DNA from: Octopus sinensis
Taxonomy: Eukaryota
Length of the DNA stretch: 64,000 nt
Direction: 5' to 3'
NCBI RefSeq assembly: GCF_006345805.1
Contig: NC_043009.1
Span: 16,492,001 to 16,556,000, forward strand
The position numbers and the translations under genes were made by a program. Numbering within the stretch: position 1 is the first letter of the stretch; every line of letters starts with the position of its first letter. The notes beneath the pieces are model-generated. The model saw only the letters and a program-made list of their open reading frames with translations, made no database searches and was not told the origin of the DNA. Of the stretch, positions 27,925-41,155 are shown in pieces.

Positions 27925-29315
27925 TAATAAATAAAACATATGCATATATATATATACATATATGTCCGTACCTACCTCTATATGTATTCATACACGCATA
28001 TATGAGTACAGGACACCAAAAAAACGTCGAACACAATGAGAAATGAAAACATAGACACAAACCCAAGGAACTGGACATTTTTCTTAAACAACAAAAAAAA
28101 ATAGAGTACAGGACAAATAACACAAGGAAAAACCCCTTCTTCAGTCGCCATGGTTTCATCTACTCTACGTTTCGAAGATGAAGGCGAGACGTATCTTCGA
28201 TAGAAACTTTCCTTCCTGCGAAAAGCAAATCAAATAAAATTTGAGATCTTTTCGCAGAGGGGTAAAAATGGTAACAAAAACAGGACAGTAACGACAGTAC
28301 AAAATATAAGCAGTAAAAGACAGGACAATGAAAATAACAAGACAAGAAGGGCTGTTAAGCCGAACGAAAAAAAGTATTACGAACGCTATTTCTGTGGACG
28401 GCGAAGGGGGCAAAGAAAATTGCCGTCCACACCTCAAGAAGGTCAGGCGAGAAAGACGGTGGCAAGGCTCTCGTCCCGGGTTAACGGCGGGAGGGAGGAG
28501 GAGGAGGAGGAGGAGTAATAGAAAGGGAGAGAAGAAAGGGTAATGGTTGTGAAGGGAGAGAGAGAGTGAAGAATGAGAGAGAGGGAGAGACAGTTAAGTA
28601 GAAAAAAAGGAAATCAAAGAATGAAGGCTAAGAAACGGAGGGGACAGAAAGGTTAAAAGTGCGCATCAAAGTTAATATCAAGGACAATCTTACTTAGAAA
28701 GGGATGTGTGCGTTCCGTCATATAATATATTAATAAATAAAACATATGCATATATATATACATATATGTACGTACCTACCTTTACATGTATACATACACG
28801 CATATATGAGTACAGGACACCAAAAAAACGTCGAACACAATGAGAAACGAAAACATAGACACAAACCTAAGGAACTGGACATTTTTCTTAAACAACGAAA
28901 AAAATATAGAGTACAGGACAAATAACACAAGGAAAAAACCCCTTCTTCAGTCACCATGGTTTCATCTACTCTACGTTTCGAAGGTGAAGGCGAGACGTAT
29001 CTTCGATAGAAACTTTCCTTCCTGCGAAAAGCAAATCAAATAAAATTTGAGATCTTTTTGCAGAGGGGTAAAAATGGTAACAAAAACAGGACAGTAACGA
29101 CAGTACAAAATATAAACAGTAAAATACAGGACAGTAACGACAGTACAAAATATAAGCAGTAAAATACAGGACAGTAACGACAGTACAAAATATAAGCAGT
29201 AAAATACAGGACAGTAACGACAGTACAAAATATAAGCAGTAAAACACAGGACAAGGAAAATAACAAGACAAGAAGGACTGTTAAGCCGAACGAAAAAAAG
29301 TATTACGAACGCTAT
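27914..29315. repeat. Pair of LTR-like direct repeats (27914-28389 and 28720-29315) around a 330-bp purine-rich spacer
   Basis: Direct alignment by eye. The second copy is 120 bp longer because a 40-bp unit is amplified from one to four copies (29086-29245). Confidence 0.85.
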
Positions 29316-29390
29316 ATATATTGTTAGTGGATTGTGAATTATTTATCCACCAATGCGGTGTTGATCACTCATTCCAACGTTCTACTTTTA

Positions 29391-29792
29391 CAGGAGTGGC
29401 TGTGTAGTAAGTAGCTTGTTTACCAACCACATGGTTCCGGGTTCAGTCCCACTGCGTGGCACCTTGGGCAAGTATCTTCTACTATAGCCTCGGGCCGACC
29501 AAAGTCTTGTGAGTGGATTTGGTAGACGGAAACTGAAAGAAGCCCATCGTATATATATATATATATGTATGCGTGTGTGTGTTTGTGTATCTGTGTTTGT
29601 CCCCCTAGCATTGCTTGACAACCGATGCTGGTGTGTTTATGTCCCCGTTACTTAGCGGTTCGGCAAAAGAGACCGATAGAATAAGTAATGGGCTTACAAA
29701 AGAATAAGTCCAGGGGTCGAGTTGCTCGATTGAAGGCGGTGCTCCAGCATGGCCGCAGTCAAATGACTGAAACAAGTAAAAGAGTAAAAGAG
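29391..29792 (+). mobile_element. SINE family B, near full length, followed by (GATA)n
   Basis: caggagtggctgtgtagtaagtagcttg...ggttcagtcccactgcg...atggccgcagtcaaatgactgaaacaagtaaaagag. Confidence 0.9.
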
Positions 29793-29793
29793 T

Positions 29794-29875
<82 letters not shown>

Positions 29876-30485
29876 GTAATGGTCGAATTTAATTGATTTG
29901 TAAACATTGTTATGAGTTGGGGGTCAGCTGTAGTGACGATAAATTATTTGCTGTTGAATCGGCAAGTTGTAAAATGTGTAAGATGAACAATGCATGAAGT
30001 TTTAAGGAAATGTTTATTTACCTTTGCGTTACAAACACCTTGCCTCGACGGGCAGGTTTTGATACATCCAAAAGCATGCGAAAGTTAGATGCGGTAGAAG
30101 GTTTGAGTTTGGGTTCTCTTCAATGTTTAGTAGTAAACACAGAGAGAGAGAGATAGAATGATGTTGTAAGAGAACAGAATTAGAGCTAGAGAGAATTATA
30201 GGGTGCTGGCTCACAGTTGCATTCTCCCTCTGAAAATAGTTGGTCAGCCAGACCTCGTTGAGTCGTCACCGGTTGGTGACTGACTTTTGCTTGGGATGTG
30301 TTTGCTTATATTAAGATCCAGAAGGATAGATATATCATTGAGAACAATAGATTTAGTATGATGCTTTATTTTTCTTGGGCTCTAGAAATCATAAGGTTGG
30401 GTCCTGTTTCCATGGCGTATAAGCAGCCGAGATCACACCTTTTCTCTTTTAAAGGGGCCGGTCTGTTGCACCGGTCAAAGCCGAC

Positions 30486-30675
30486 AATTTTGTGGGCCGG
30501 GACAAGTTGATTACATCGACTCCAGTACTTAACTGGTACTTTATTTTATCGAATACGAAGAGATAAAAAGCAAAGTTGACTTCGGTGGTATTTGAACTCA
30601 GAACGTAAAGAACCGAAAGCAATACCACCGAGCATTTTGTCCGATGTGTTGTACCTCTGCCAGCTCGCCGCCTTA
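30486..30675 (-). mobile_element. SINE family A, diverged
   Basis: Ends ...ctctgccagctcgccgcctta, the reverse complement of the family A head. Confidence 0.75.
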
Positions 30676-31523
30676 TATAGTATGATAGGTTTTCAAGCAT
30701 GGGATTGTCTCACAAATCTCTGACGCTAGTTTTTCCAACACCGCCATGATCGATGCAGCGTTTGTATAGGGTTAAACATATTCCGTCAATATGGACGCTA
30801 ACGAAGTTGGTATCAAGTTCAGAAATCAATCAAAGCTGGCTACGGTGCCACAGGCCCCAATAAAAACCGAAGCCACATCAATAGCGAAATTGCGAGACAA
30901 CTTTTTACTTTTATTTTACTTCAACGTGTCGTATTTTATTAAATACTATCCTCAGAGAAATCGAAAAAGAAACAGATCTCAGAACTTGTGAACGGTACGT
31001 TGAGAAAATTCATATGTAATTTAGGCCTTGGGTTTAGGATCGTTGGGTCGTTGGCTCGATTCTTGAACTGGATGGTGCATTGTGTCTTGAATATTTTATG
31101 TCTTTTCAGTCAACTCAGCTGGAAACTAGAACAGTGTCAGCTGGGGAAATACCCATGTGACGTACTGGAATCCCCAAACAGTCTCTTAACTGCAACCAAA
31201 ATTGGGATAAAACCCGGATTTATGCGTACGCGTAGGCTCATGTCAAATTACACCCCCCCCCACACACACACATACATACATACATACATACATACATACA
31301 TACATACATACATCTATATATATATATGAATACGACGAGCTTCTTCTTTCTACCAATATTTTATATATATATAAATAAATTCTATTGTGTCTGGGGAGTC
31401 AGTCTATTTTTGTGCCTTAAAATTTAACACTCACCGGTAAAATTTCCACTCATTTACTTATTTATTTTTCTATATATATTTATTTTTTTACTTATTTATA
31501 TATATATGAGTGTGTGTGGGTGT

Positions 31524-31775
31524 GGACGCGCGTGGCTTAGTGATTAGGGTGTCAGCGTCATGATCGTAAGATTGTGGTATCGATTCCTGGACCAGGCGAC
31601 GCGTTTTGTTCTTGAGCAAAACACTTCATTTCGCATTGCTCCAGTCCACTCAGCTGACAAAAATGAGTAACGCTGCGATGGACTGGCGTCCCGTCCAGCA
31701 GGGGAACACACACGCCATAGAAACTGGGAAACCGGGCCCATGAGCCTGGCTAGGCTTTAAGAGGACGCATTTATT
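31524..31775 (+). mobile_element. tRNA-derived SINE, family C; another partial copy on the minus strand at about 14135-14232
   Basis: A-box-like tggcttagtgattagg and B-box-like gtatcgattcc, central gcgatggactggcgtcccgtccag, (TTA)n tail. Confidence 0.7.
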
Positions 31776-31823
31776 ATTTATTATATATATATATATATAT
31801 GAGACCAAAGTGTACGTAAGCCG

Positions 31824-31918
<95 letters not shown>

Positions 31919-33491
31919 TACAAAATGGGACAAGAACGCAAAACATCCAGACAGGTGATACAAGGAAGAGGCAACAAAACATCTAGATAGACGATACAAA
32001 GAAAACAACAACAGGCCATTCGAAGTTTTCTTTCTTCAGTCGAGTACCAGATTATCTTTGCAATTTCGGCTGGTTATACTCGAGATTGCTCCAATCTGGC
32101 CAGCCCCATGGAAAAACTAAGCTAAGAGTCCGAATAGTGGTGTCGCTTTGCGTGCGCAGAATGTGCCAGTCGGTGCGCGACTGAGGTGGAGTGAAGGAGC
32201 GTGCGCATGAGTGCCTAATGTGCCAGTCGTTGCGTAACAGAGACAGTGAGTGAGCGTGCAAGGGCGTATACATGAGTGCGAGAGAAGGTCCTGGGGCTGT
32301 GGAATAAGCTGAAGCGAATGAGTGTGTGTGCTCTCAATCCTTGATATCAGCAAAAGTTTTCTTGCAGGATTGCATTTTGTGTGAAAATGCCTTGAAAGGA
32401 GGGCAGAAGCAAAATGTGTCTGGCATTGTTGTCGTGGGAGAGACAATTTTATCTACTAACTTCATGACCAACCTGGGGTCGCGCAAAGGCAGCTTGTGTC
32501 TGACAAGGGTGCAGAGAGCATGCACTGACATCCAACGTACACAGAGTCGGAAAAAAGAGCTGAGCGGGCACAAGCATGAGAAAACGACTCTAAAGGCACT
32601 ATATTGAGGTGCATGTATATAAGTGGATGCAGGGATGCAGGTTCATGTATGAACGTTGAGAAAAAAACATTTCTTGTTTTGTTTTACAAACAAAATACAG
32701 AGCAGTACATAAATAAGTCAGCGTGCGAAGAAAGAAAGACGCTGCAGAGATTTAAAAAAAAACATGTAGCGAGAAAAAACAATGTAGTTGAAAGATTTGT
32801 ACAACATGTGTGCAAAGATGTGCAATGCCAGTGGCCAATGAGAAAACAAAAATATTATACAAATATAGAACATTCAAAAACAAATGAAAGTGTGTAGTGC
32901 TAACAAAAGAGAAAGAAATAAGCAAGCATTTGAAATGTAAAAATATGTGCGTGCAATGAAATTTCAAGTCTATAAGTGTTCGTGTGACATACAGGTTGCA
33001 TTTTTTTAAAAGGAAGTAAAAGTCTGAAAATCGGCTATAATAATGTAGTCTTGCAGTCTCATTGCTATGAAGGTATATGGTGTTGTGGAGAAAACAATTG
33101 GAGGAAAAAGTTACAGAAGTTTAAAAATCGAAAAAAAACTGTGTATTTTTAGCCAATAGCGAGACAGACATTTTCTGTGTTTAGTGGAGCGATGTCACCT
33201 TTAGGTTGTATCCTTTTAAATTTATAGTTTAGCGTCTGTGAAATGACCTGTTCATTGTGGGTTTCTAAATAAACAGAAATACCTAATTTCGTTGTAGGTT
33301 TGTAAATAAACAGAAATACTTAATAAAATCAACATTTATCATCTTAGTGTTTCTTTTGTCTCTTCATTGATTGTATTTTTTTATCTTTAATTTTATTTGT
33401 TATATTAATATATTTGTCTGCATGTGTTTGCTTTATGCATACTTCAGTATTATGTATACCTGCCATGTATTTATGTACACCAATAATATAT

Positions 33492-33575
<84 letters not shown>

Positions 33576-35526
33576 ACTTCAAAATTGTCTTCAAAACTCC
33601 AAAATTGAGTTTTCATGCTTGGATTTGTAAACTAAAATAAGAATAACACTGGTCAACAAAGAATTTATCCCAAAATGATATGAAATGAAAAATATGTAAA
33701 AGTACTAACACACAGAAAAATATGTAATATACTAGCATACAGAAAAAATTTTAAAAGCACCCGGGTGAAAAGAATCTTGTGGTGAGAAGAATCAACAGAG
33801 AGCAACGAGCGGCACAGACACGAGTGAAGGGAAACACAACACAGCGTGCGGTTGCCATGGTAAAAAGCTGCTTAAGCCACGCTGTTTGTTGATTGGCTAA
33901 AATTACCCAGATTTCCTAACTTTAATTCCAAATAACATCAACTTTTTGTTAATTTACGAGATAAATCAATTGGATGATTGTAATCAAAATTTAGTTGCAT
34001 CGATACACCAAAACTGAAAGCAATCTGGGCAAAATTAAAAGGGACTCATTTTGCGAATGAAACTAACTAGATCTTTCGAAAAGTTTGTAGCTGTGACGAA
34101 TATTGCATGTGCAGGTTTCCTTATTTTCATCCAGGTAGTTTTTGATCGGATGGCTGTCGAAATGTTGCGTTTTTCAGCTGTCGATGTTTCTTTCGTGACT
34201 CTGTGCAACGTAGTGGCGTGCATTCTGTGGCAGGTTGAAAGTGCATAGTGGGTGTCCATTGTGTCGGCGAGTTCTTTTTTTTTTTTTTTTTCGTATAGTG
34301 TGACAGTCAAAACGGAAACTGTTTAGTGAAAGTTGTTAATCTTGTCTTCGATGTGACGAGCATGATGTGAAGGCTGTAATTCTTGAGCTTGGGTCACCAG
34401 AATGTAGCGACGAAATGGAAAATTTAACCGCAGAACAAAAAGCGGTCTTCATTTTTCAAATGCAATGAAGTTGGTGAAGTAGAGGCAATCGTATATTAGA
34501 ACGTCGGGAAGCATACGAGGCAACGGCTGTTGGAGTGAAGGTTGTAGATCTTTTAGATCGGGGGTCACCAATTGTAGTGGCCGTTTGGTGAAGGCCGTAA
34601 TTGTCTTCACGAGTTCGTGCGATGTAACGGATACAGAACATGTAGAATCACGTCAGTATGATGTAGCCTACTACCAAATGTAGCGTGTAGGTGCAACGCT
34701 TGAAGGTTCCCGAGTGAACATCGAAGAATCAACATCAAGAAGGAAGAAATATTATTTACATATATTTATTCATTTGCCCGACAGGTAGTTAGGGAGACAG
34801 TAGTGATTGTAGTGATAGTAATAAAAAGTTTGGCTCGGTGGTTAGTAGTCGATAGTGTAGAACTTGCTGTCTGCCAGTAGAGAGGGAAAGAGTATGGAAT
34901 GCATGGTGCTGACTAGAAAGGAAGAAAGAATAAAGGGAGCATCGTCTTTCTTGCGGTCGAAAACTTCTCTTCGTATGTCAAGTGAAATACGAAGGGATGT
35001 GTTGCTCCTTGGTCATAGCTGACACAAAAGACACAAGAAATGCACAATGGTCAGTAATGCAGGTCAAGCCCTAAACAAAGGACTGACCTTTCCTTGACCA
35101 GCGCAGGTCCTTGCGGGTTCAAGTGTTTCCCCATCAATCCTCTAGTGTGGGGGTGCAAACAAAGGATTTCCCGCTCGTTTTGACAAGCGGGTGGATTTGG
35201 TTTCAAATCTCAGGCAGAGCCAAGCGAGGTTCCTACATACACACACACACACACATGCATATATATATATATATATACACTGTGTGTTTGTATGCATTTA
35301 GTTAAAAAAAAAACTCAGAAATGGTGCATTCACGAGAAAAATGAGCTTGATTTTCAAAATCTATAAATCCTTCATGGATCTATTCCATTTCAATCATGGA
35401 TTTTCTAATCAATTTGTTTTTTAACTAAACAGTTTGAAATTTTAAATACTGAGGAAGAACCTCCAGGTCATCTCTACTTAATGTCACCACTCCGTTTCTT
35501 TTTTTTTTTTGTTTTTTTTTACGTAT

Positions 35527-35936
35527 ACTCTTTTATTCTTTTATTTGTTTCAGTCATTTTGACTGCGGCCATGCTGGAGCACCGCCTTTAGTCGAGTAAA
35601 TCGAGCCCGGGACTTATTCTTTGTAAGCCCAGTACTTATTCTATCGGTCTCTTTTGCCGAACCGCTAAGTGACGGGGACGTAAACACACCAGCATCGGTT
35701 GTCAAGCAATGCTAGGGGGACAAACACAGACACACAAACACACAAACACACACACACATACATACATATATACGACAGGCTTCTTTCAGTTTCCGTCTAC
35801 CAAATCCACTCACAAGGCATTGGTCGGCCCGGGGCTATAGCAGAAGACACTTGCCCAAGATGCCACGCAGTGGGATTGAACCCGGAACCATGTGGTTGGT
35901 AAACAAGCTACTTACCACACAGCCACTCCTGCGCCT
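35527..35936 (-). mobile_element. SINE family B
   Basis: Reverse complement of the family B consensus; nearly identical to 61971-62375. Confidence 0.9.
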
Positions 35937-36134
35937 ATATGTAGTTTCAAAATGCCTTATTTTACAACTATGAGATGTATTGTCATGATTTCATCTTACT
36001 ATAATCAACAACAAACACATTTCGTCAATATAAAAGTATTTATTAAATTAAAAAAATAACATAATCAAAACATGAAGGTAAAACAAAACAAATAGCGGCT
36101 TATACACTGTAATTGTAGTGGCAGTAACAAGTTC

Positions 36135-36574
36135 GGGATCTTTTCGGTTTGAACGGCAGTTTTTTTTTTTAAATAATTTCCACGAAACTAAACACTTTTA
36201 AACTTCGTATACTGGTAGAATGTGTTTATAAAACATCATTTTCTCTTGGCTTTATTGAGAAGATTCTATAGTTTGTAAGATATTTGTTGGGTTTTTTTTC
36301 TTCAATTTCTGCAATTTCAACCAATCAATGACCGTCTATTGAGGTGAAAACATTCTGTGCCGTATGAAAATGTCCTTCGTTTAAGAAACAGATTGGGTTT
36401 ATTTACATTTCTGAAGAAAAAAAGATACTCTTCCCCACCCCTAATCCTAACCCTAATTAACCCTAACCCTAAAATAGATTGAAATGCAATAGATCGATAC
36501 TAGGGTCATAATTATGGGTGACAATTTCATATGACACCGCTAGAAAAAACTGCCGTTCAAACCGAAAAGATCCC
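36135..36574. mobile_element. MITE with 30-bp perfect TIRs and a 6-bp TSD
   Basis: TIR gggatcttttcggtttgaacggcagttttt and its reverse complement. aagttc is duplicated at 36129-36134 and 36575-36580. Confidence 0.85.
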
Positions 36575-37864
36575 AAGTTCACTCGCTGGTTGCTAGTTGA
36601 AAGTGAAGGGAGGGAAAGAGTAAGGAATGCACGGTGCTGATTAGAAAGGAAGAAAGGATAAAGGTGGCATCGTCTTCGCCCGCCATACGAATAGAACAGA
36701 GTGGTGACATTTAGTAGAGATGACCCGGAAGTTGTTCCTCTTCGATTACTATCGCAAACAGCAGTAGCTTTCTTCAACCGAATACATGTTTATGGGAAGA
36801 AAAATATTGAAAAATATCAATGCAAAAGGCGGTGCTCCAGCACGGCCCCAGCCTCTGGCTGAAACCAGTAAAAGAATAAAAGTATAAAGGAACATGCCAA
36901 AAGGACAAAAAAAATGAAGAAGGCATTAGGTGGTCGTGGTATGTGCTAGAAACACCAGTTAAATCTCCCTTCAATCAGCTTTTCGTCTGAAAATTATTTT
37001 GAAATTATAAACTGAAGGCAATCGCAGATTTGGACTGTCTGCATTTTAAAACTACGATTAAAATAAACGTAAAGTATACTAGCCATCTCAATATGGCTAA
37101 CCACTAAGGGTGGGCGTTACTGTAGCTTTTAGCCCCAGGAGATCATCGTCTCCAGCTGGCTTTAGGCACACTTTCTGTGCTCTTATGATATTTGCAAAGG
37201 GAGGTCATCCCTCTCTCGTAAACCAAAGCGATACGCACGGACTGCAGTTTCGAGGTATTTGCCTCGTTTCCGAGTAAAAAAAAGCCGAAATTTTAGGATT
37301 TCTTTTTAATGGATTTTTTTTTTTTTTTCACTATTGTTTGAAAATGAGATGGCGATTGTAATTGTGATCGATTTTTGATATTTTATATATTTATTTTTCT
37401 TTTTCAACCTTCGAGACTTTCCCCATCGTTTTGAAGTACGTAATGCAGAAAAAAAAACATTAGTCAAAATTGGTGGAGCAGAGGAGGTTGAAAAGATTCA
37501 TAAATTTTCAAAACTATTTTATCTTTTTAGCCGAAAAGACGTCTCCCATTGTTTTTAATGTAAAAAACAAAGAAAATTAACAGAATCGGTCCAGAAGGGA
37601 GCGGTGGGGATTCCCAAATATTTTCAAATATTTTTTTCCATAAAACGCTTTCTCCCATCACTTGCGAGGGAGTAGGGAAAAACAAATTTGAAAAATCCCT
37701 GTCAAAGAGGAGAAAATCCGTCTTATGTGGGTGTGATATTCCGAAAGTCCCGGTGAAAATTAGCCAGCAACTTCGGAATACTCAGGCTATCGCGCGCGTA
37801 TGTGTGTAAGAGAGAGAGGGGGAGAGAGTATCCGTGTACATTCTCACACTTCAATACATATACG

Positions 37865-38039
37865 AATGTGTTATGTATGTGAATTTGCATGTATGTATTT
37901 ATGTATGTATGTATGTATGTATGTATGTATGTATGTATGTATGTATGTATGTATGTGTGTATGTATGTATGTATGTATGTATATATGTGTGTATGTATGT
38001 ATGTATGTATGTATGTATGTGTGTATGTATGTATGTATG

Positions 38040-38070
<31 letters not shown>

Positions 38071-38359
38071 ATATGTGTGTATGTATGTATGTGTGTATGT
38101 ATGTATGTATGTATGTATGTATGTATGTGTGTATGTATGTATGTATGTATGTATGTGTGTATGTATGTATGTATGTATGTATGTATGTGTGTATGTATGT
38201 ATGTATATATGTGTGTATGTATGTATGTATGTATGTATGTATGTATGTGTGTATGTATGTATGTGTGTATGTATGTATGTATGTATGTATGTATATATGT
38301 GTGTATGTATGTATGTATGTATGTATGTGTGTATGTATGTATATATGTGTGCATGTATG

Positions 38360-38392
<33 letters not shown>

Positions 38393-38505
38393 GTGTATGT
38401 ATGTATGTATGTGTGCATGTATGTATATATGTGTGTATGTATGTATGTATGTATGTGTGTATGTATGTATGTATGTATGTATGTATGTATGTATGTATGT
38501 ATGTA
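37865..38505. repeat. (ATGT)n microsatellite
   Basis: Direct reading. Confidence 0.98.
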
Positions 38506-39221
38506 TCTTCTTTTTTTTTTTTGTTTTGCTTTTGTTTTATTATTATAAATCTTCCAAAGATGAATGAGCCTGATTCCCATCAAAGATGCGGGGCTCATCT
38601 TCGGGCTGAGCGCACATTGGACACCTTCGAAGAATGTCTCTCTTATAAGACGGTGGAATATTCGTTAAAGAAAAGGAAGAGGAAAGAGGAAGGATAAACA
38701 ATGGAAGTGGGGAAGGACGTGTAAAGCTTTTAAAGTCGTAGGTTTGAGGTGTCACTAATAAATTGCTTTGTACTGCGATAGAACGTCGCTGGTCTCAGGA
38801 GTGGCGGTGAGAGACGACATGGGAGTGGAGTGGTGACGTTAAGCAGACAGATAAGAGAGACTAAGAGTGAGAACGGAGTGGGGGGGAGGAATTGGAGTTA
38901 GTTGAACTGAATTGTTATAAATGACGTATTTTCCTGTTGTTTTTTTAAAGCTGATTACGAGATAAAAGCGAACTAAGTGTGACTAAGAAAGGAAGTGAAA
39001 GAAAAACTAGGAAAAATCCATTTGCGTTACAACCACTTCAAAGTTGATAAATATTGGTGTCTCGGAAAAACGCGACACTTTTTAGAAAATAATTGACTGG
39101 TTAACATATTCATCAAAACAGTCGAGCACACATATATTTATACTTTTGTAAACTTTAATTTTTGTCGAAATATAATAACATATTAGCTTTCAGTTGATAG
39201 TGATTAATATATACTTACAAG

Positions 39222-39366
39222 ATGAAATCTTTTGTCGGACTGATAATTAACATTTGGATATGTCTGGGAGTGATCTTACTAGCAGCCAGTCTGACGTCGT
39301 GTGTTAGTGTGGTTACCCCATCAGATGTCACAGAAGAGGTGGATCAAAATGAGACGATGTTGTTCG
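39222..39366 (+). CDS. Probable first coding exon of a secreted or membrane protein (signal peptide)
   Basis: MKSFVGLIINIWICLGVILLAASLTSCVSVVTPSDVTEEVDQNETMLF-G|GTAAGT: K at position 2, a hydrophobic core, an N-E-T sequon, and a consensus phase-1 donor at 39367. Upstream acceptor ctttcag at 39187-39193. Confidence 0.6.
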
Positions 39367-39606
39367 GTAAGTGTATAAACTTATTTTAACTTTGATTTAA
39401 TGTAATTGGCAGGACACTGTATTCCAGGTGCCCCCCCCCCCACCTTTTACCAGATTTTGCGAAATTAATACAGAAACTTTTAGAATCATAAATAAAACGG
39501 ATTAGTCCAAACCATAGAGAAAATTAGGAATTCATCTACCTCTTGCCGAGCACCACTGGAACTTGAATAAAATAATGGTTCAATGGTTGGCTATAGGTTG
39601 CGTAAA

Positions 39607-39663
<57 letters not shown>

Positions 39664-39995
39664 TATGTTTGTGTGTGAACATATATATATGATAGATCGT
39701 TAGCCACTACACACATTTTTTTCTCTCCTTGTTTTTTCTGTGTCCCTTTCTGTAGAAGAGCGTAGGCTCGAAACGTATAAGACTTCTTCTATTCCTGAGC
39801 GTTATACTAATACATCCGTTTGTTTTGTACACCACCTGTCTTCGTCTTTTGTTTTTTTTTTGTAAACTCTCCCTATATATATATATATATATATATCATA
39901 TATAATATACATACATATACAATATTATATGCAAATATAATATTGTATATGTATATATACATATTTGTTTATTTATACACACACACACATATAAT

Positions 39996-40056
<61 letters not shown>

Positions 40057-40069
40057 TATACACATATAC

Positions 40070-40141
<72 letters not shown>

Positions 40142-40145
<4 letters not shown>

Positions 40146-40357
40146 TAAGCAATAAGGGTTTAGCAACGAGTTGCCTTACCACATACCGAATTTAGAAATA
40201 GCAGTCAAAGGGTTATAGCTATTTCTTCTACTAAAAAGGGAGATCTCTACTGAGATCTCCCTTTTTAGTAGAAGAAATAGCTATAACCCTTTGACTGCTA
40301 TTTCTAAATTCGGTATGTGGTAAGGCAACTCGTTGCTAAACCCTTATTGCTTAGTAT
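40142..40357. repeat. Perfect palindrome, about 105-bp arms, 4-nt loop
   Basis: tactaagcaataaggg...gagatctc-TACT-gagatctc...cccttattgcttagta; abuts (TA)n. Confidence 0.95.
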
Positions 40358-40458
40358 TACTTAAATTTTCCTCGAATGAGGCTTTTACATGCCGAAGACT
40401 ACTTGGTGTAATTGATAATTTTTCCAAATTAATTAATTTCACCCTTCATTATTACGGA

Positions 40459-40551
<93 letters not shown>

Positions 40552-41120
40552 TCATGTGTGTGTGTGTGTGTGTTTATGTATTAACATAGAGGCTATTCCA
40601 GAGATGACAGTCCGAATCCAATATATTTATATGGCAGTCCGTAGAATTTAAAGGGTTAACTTTCAATGAAGAATTGAAATTTCGGTACATTGTATAATAT
40701 TAACCCAGTAGATTCAGTATCGAATACTTGCGTCCTGTAAATACCTAAGTCGAAAGACACTTGCTTAACCGTATACTTTTATCAGACCACTCCGAACCAC
40801 TAGCGTAGCTAGAGTGTTTCCCACCCGGGGCGGACCGCCCCGCCTCCACCCCGCTACGCTAGTGCTCCGAAAAACCCTATAGGCTGTACGGCGTATTCCC
40901 GTTTTTTGGTATTCAAAGGTTTATTATTTTCTGCCTCTCTAAAATATAAATTTAGTTCTTGAAGAATGCTAAACTGACCGTCTGATACACTGTTATGTTG
41001 GGTTGGTCTATACATAAGTGCAGGAACGAAGTTTGCTTCGAGGGTGCAAACCCAGGTCCTAAATTTTTTTTACAAACAAGGTCAATTTTTTAAATCTTAA
41101 TATCAAAACAAATACAGGTA

Positions 41121-41126
<6 letters not shown>

Positions 41127-41155
<29 letters not shown>

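Noticed and set aside
29086-29245. CRISPR-like regular repeats (also the 362-bp and 487-bp arrays)
   Set aside because: Head-to-tail repeats without unique spacers, in eukaryotic context, with no cas genes.
32600-32900. Possible piggyBac cysteine-rich C-terminal remnant
   Set aside because: Resemblance too weak; no DDD core or TTAA-bounded TIRs found.
34330-34660. Possible Gypsy pol remnant on the minus strand
   Set aside because: Only vague similarity; no diagnostic RT, RNase H or integrase motif.
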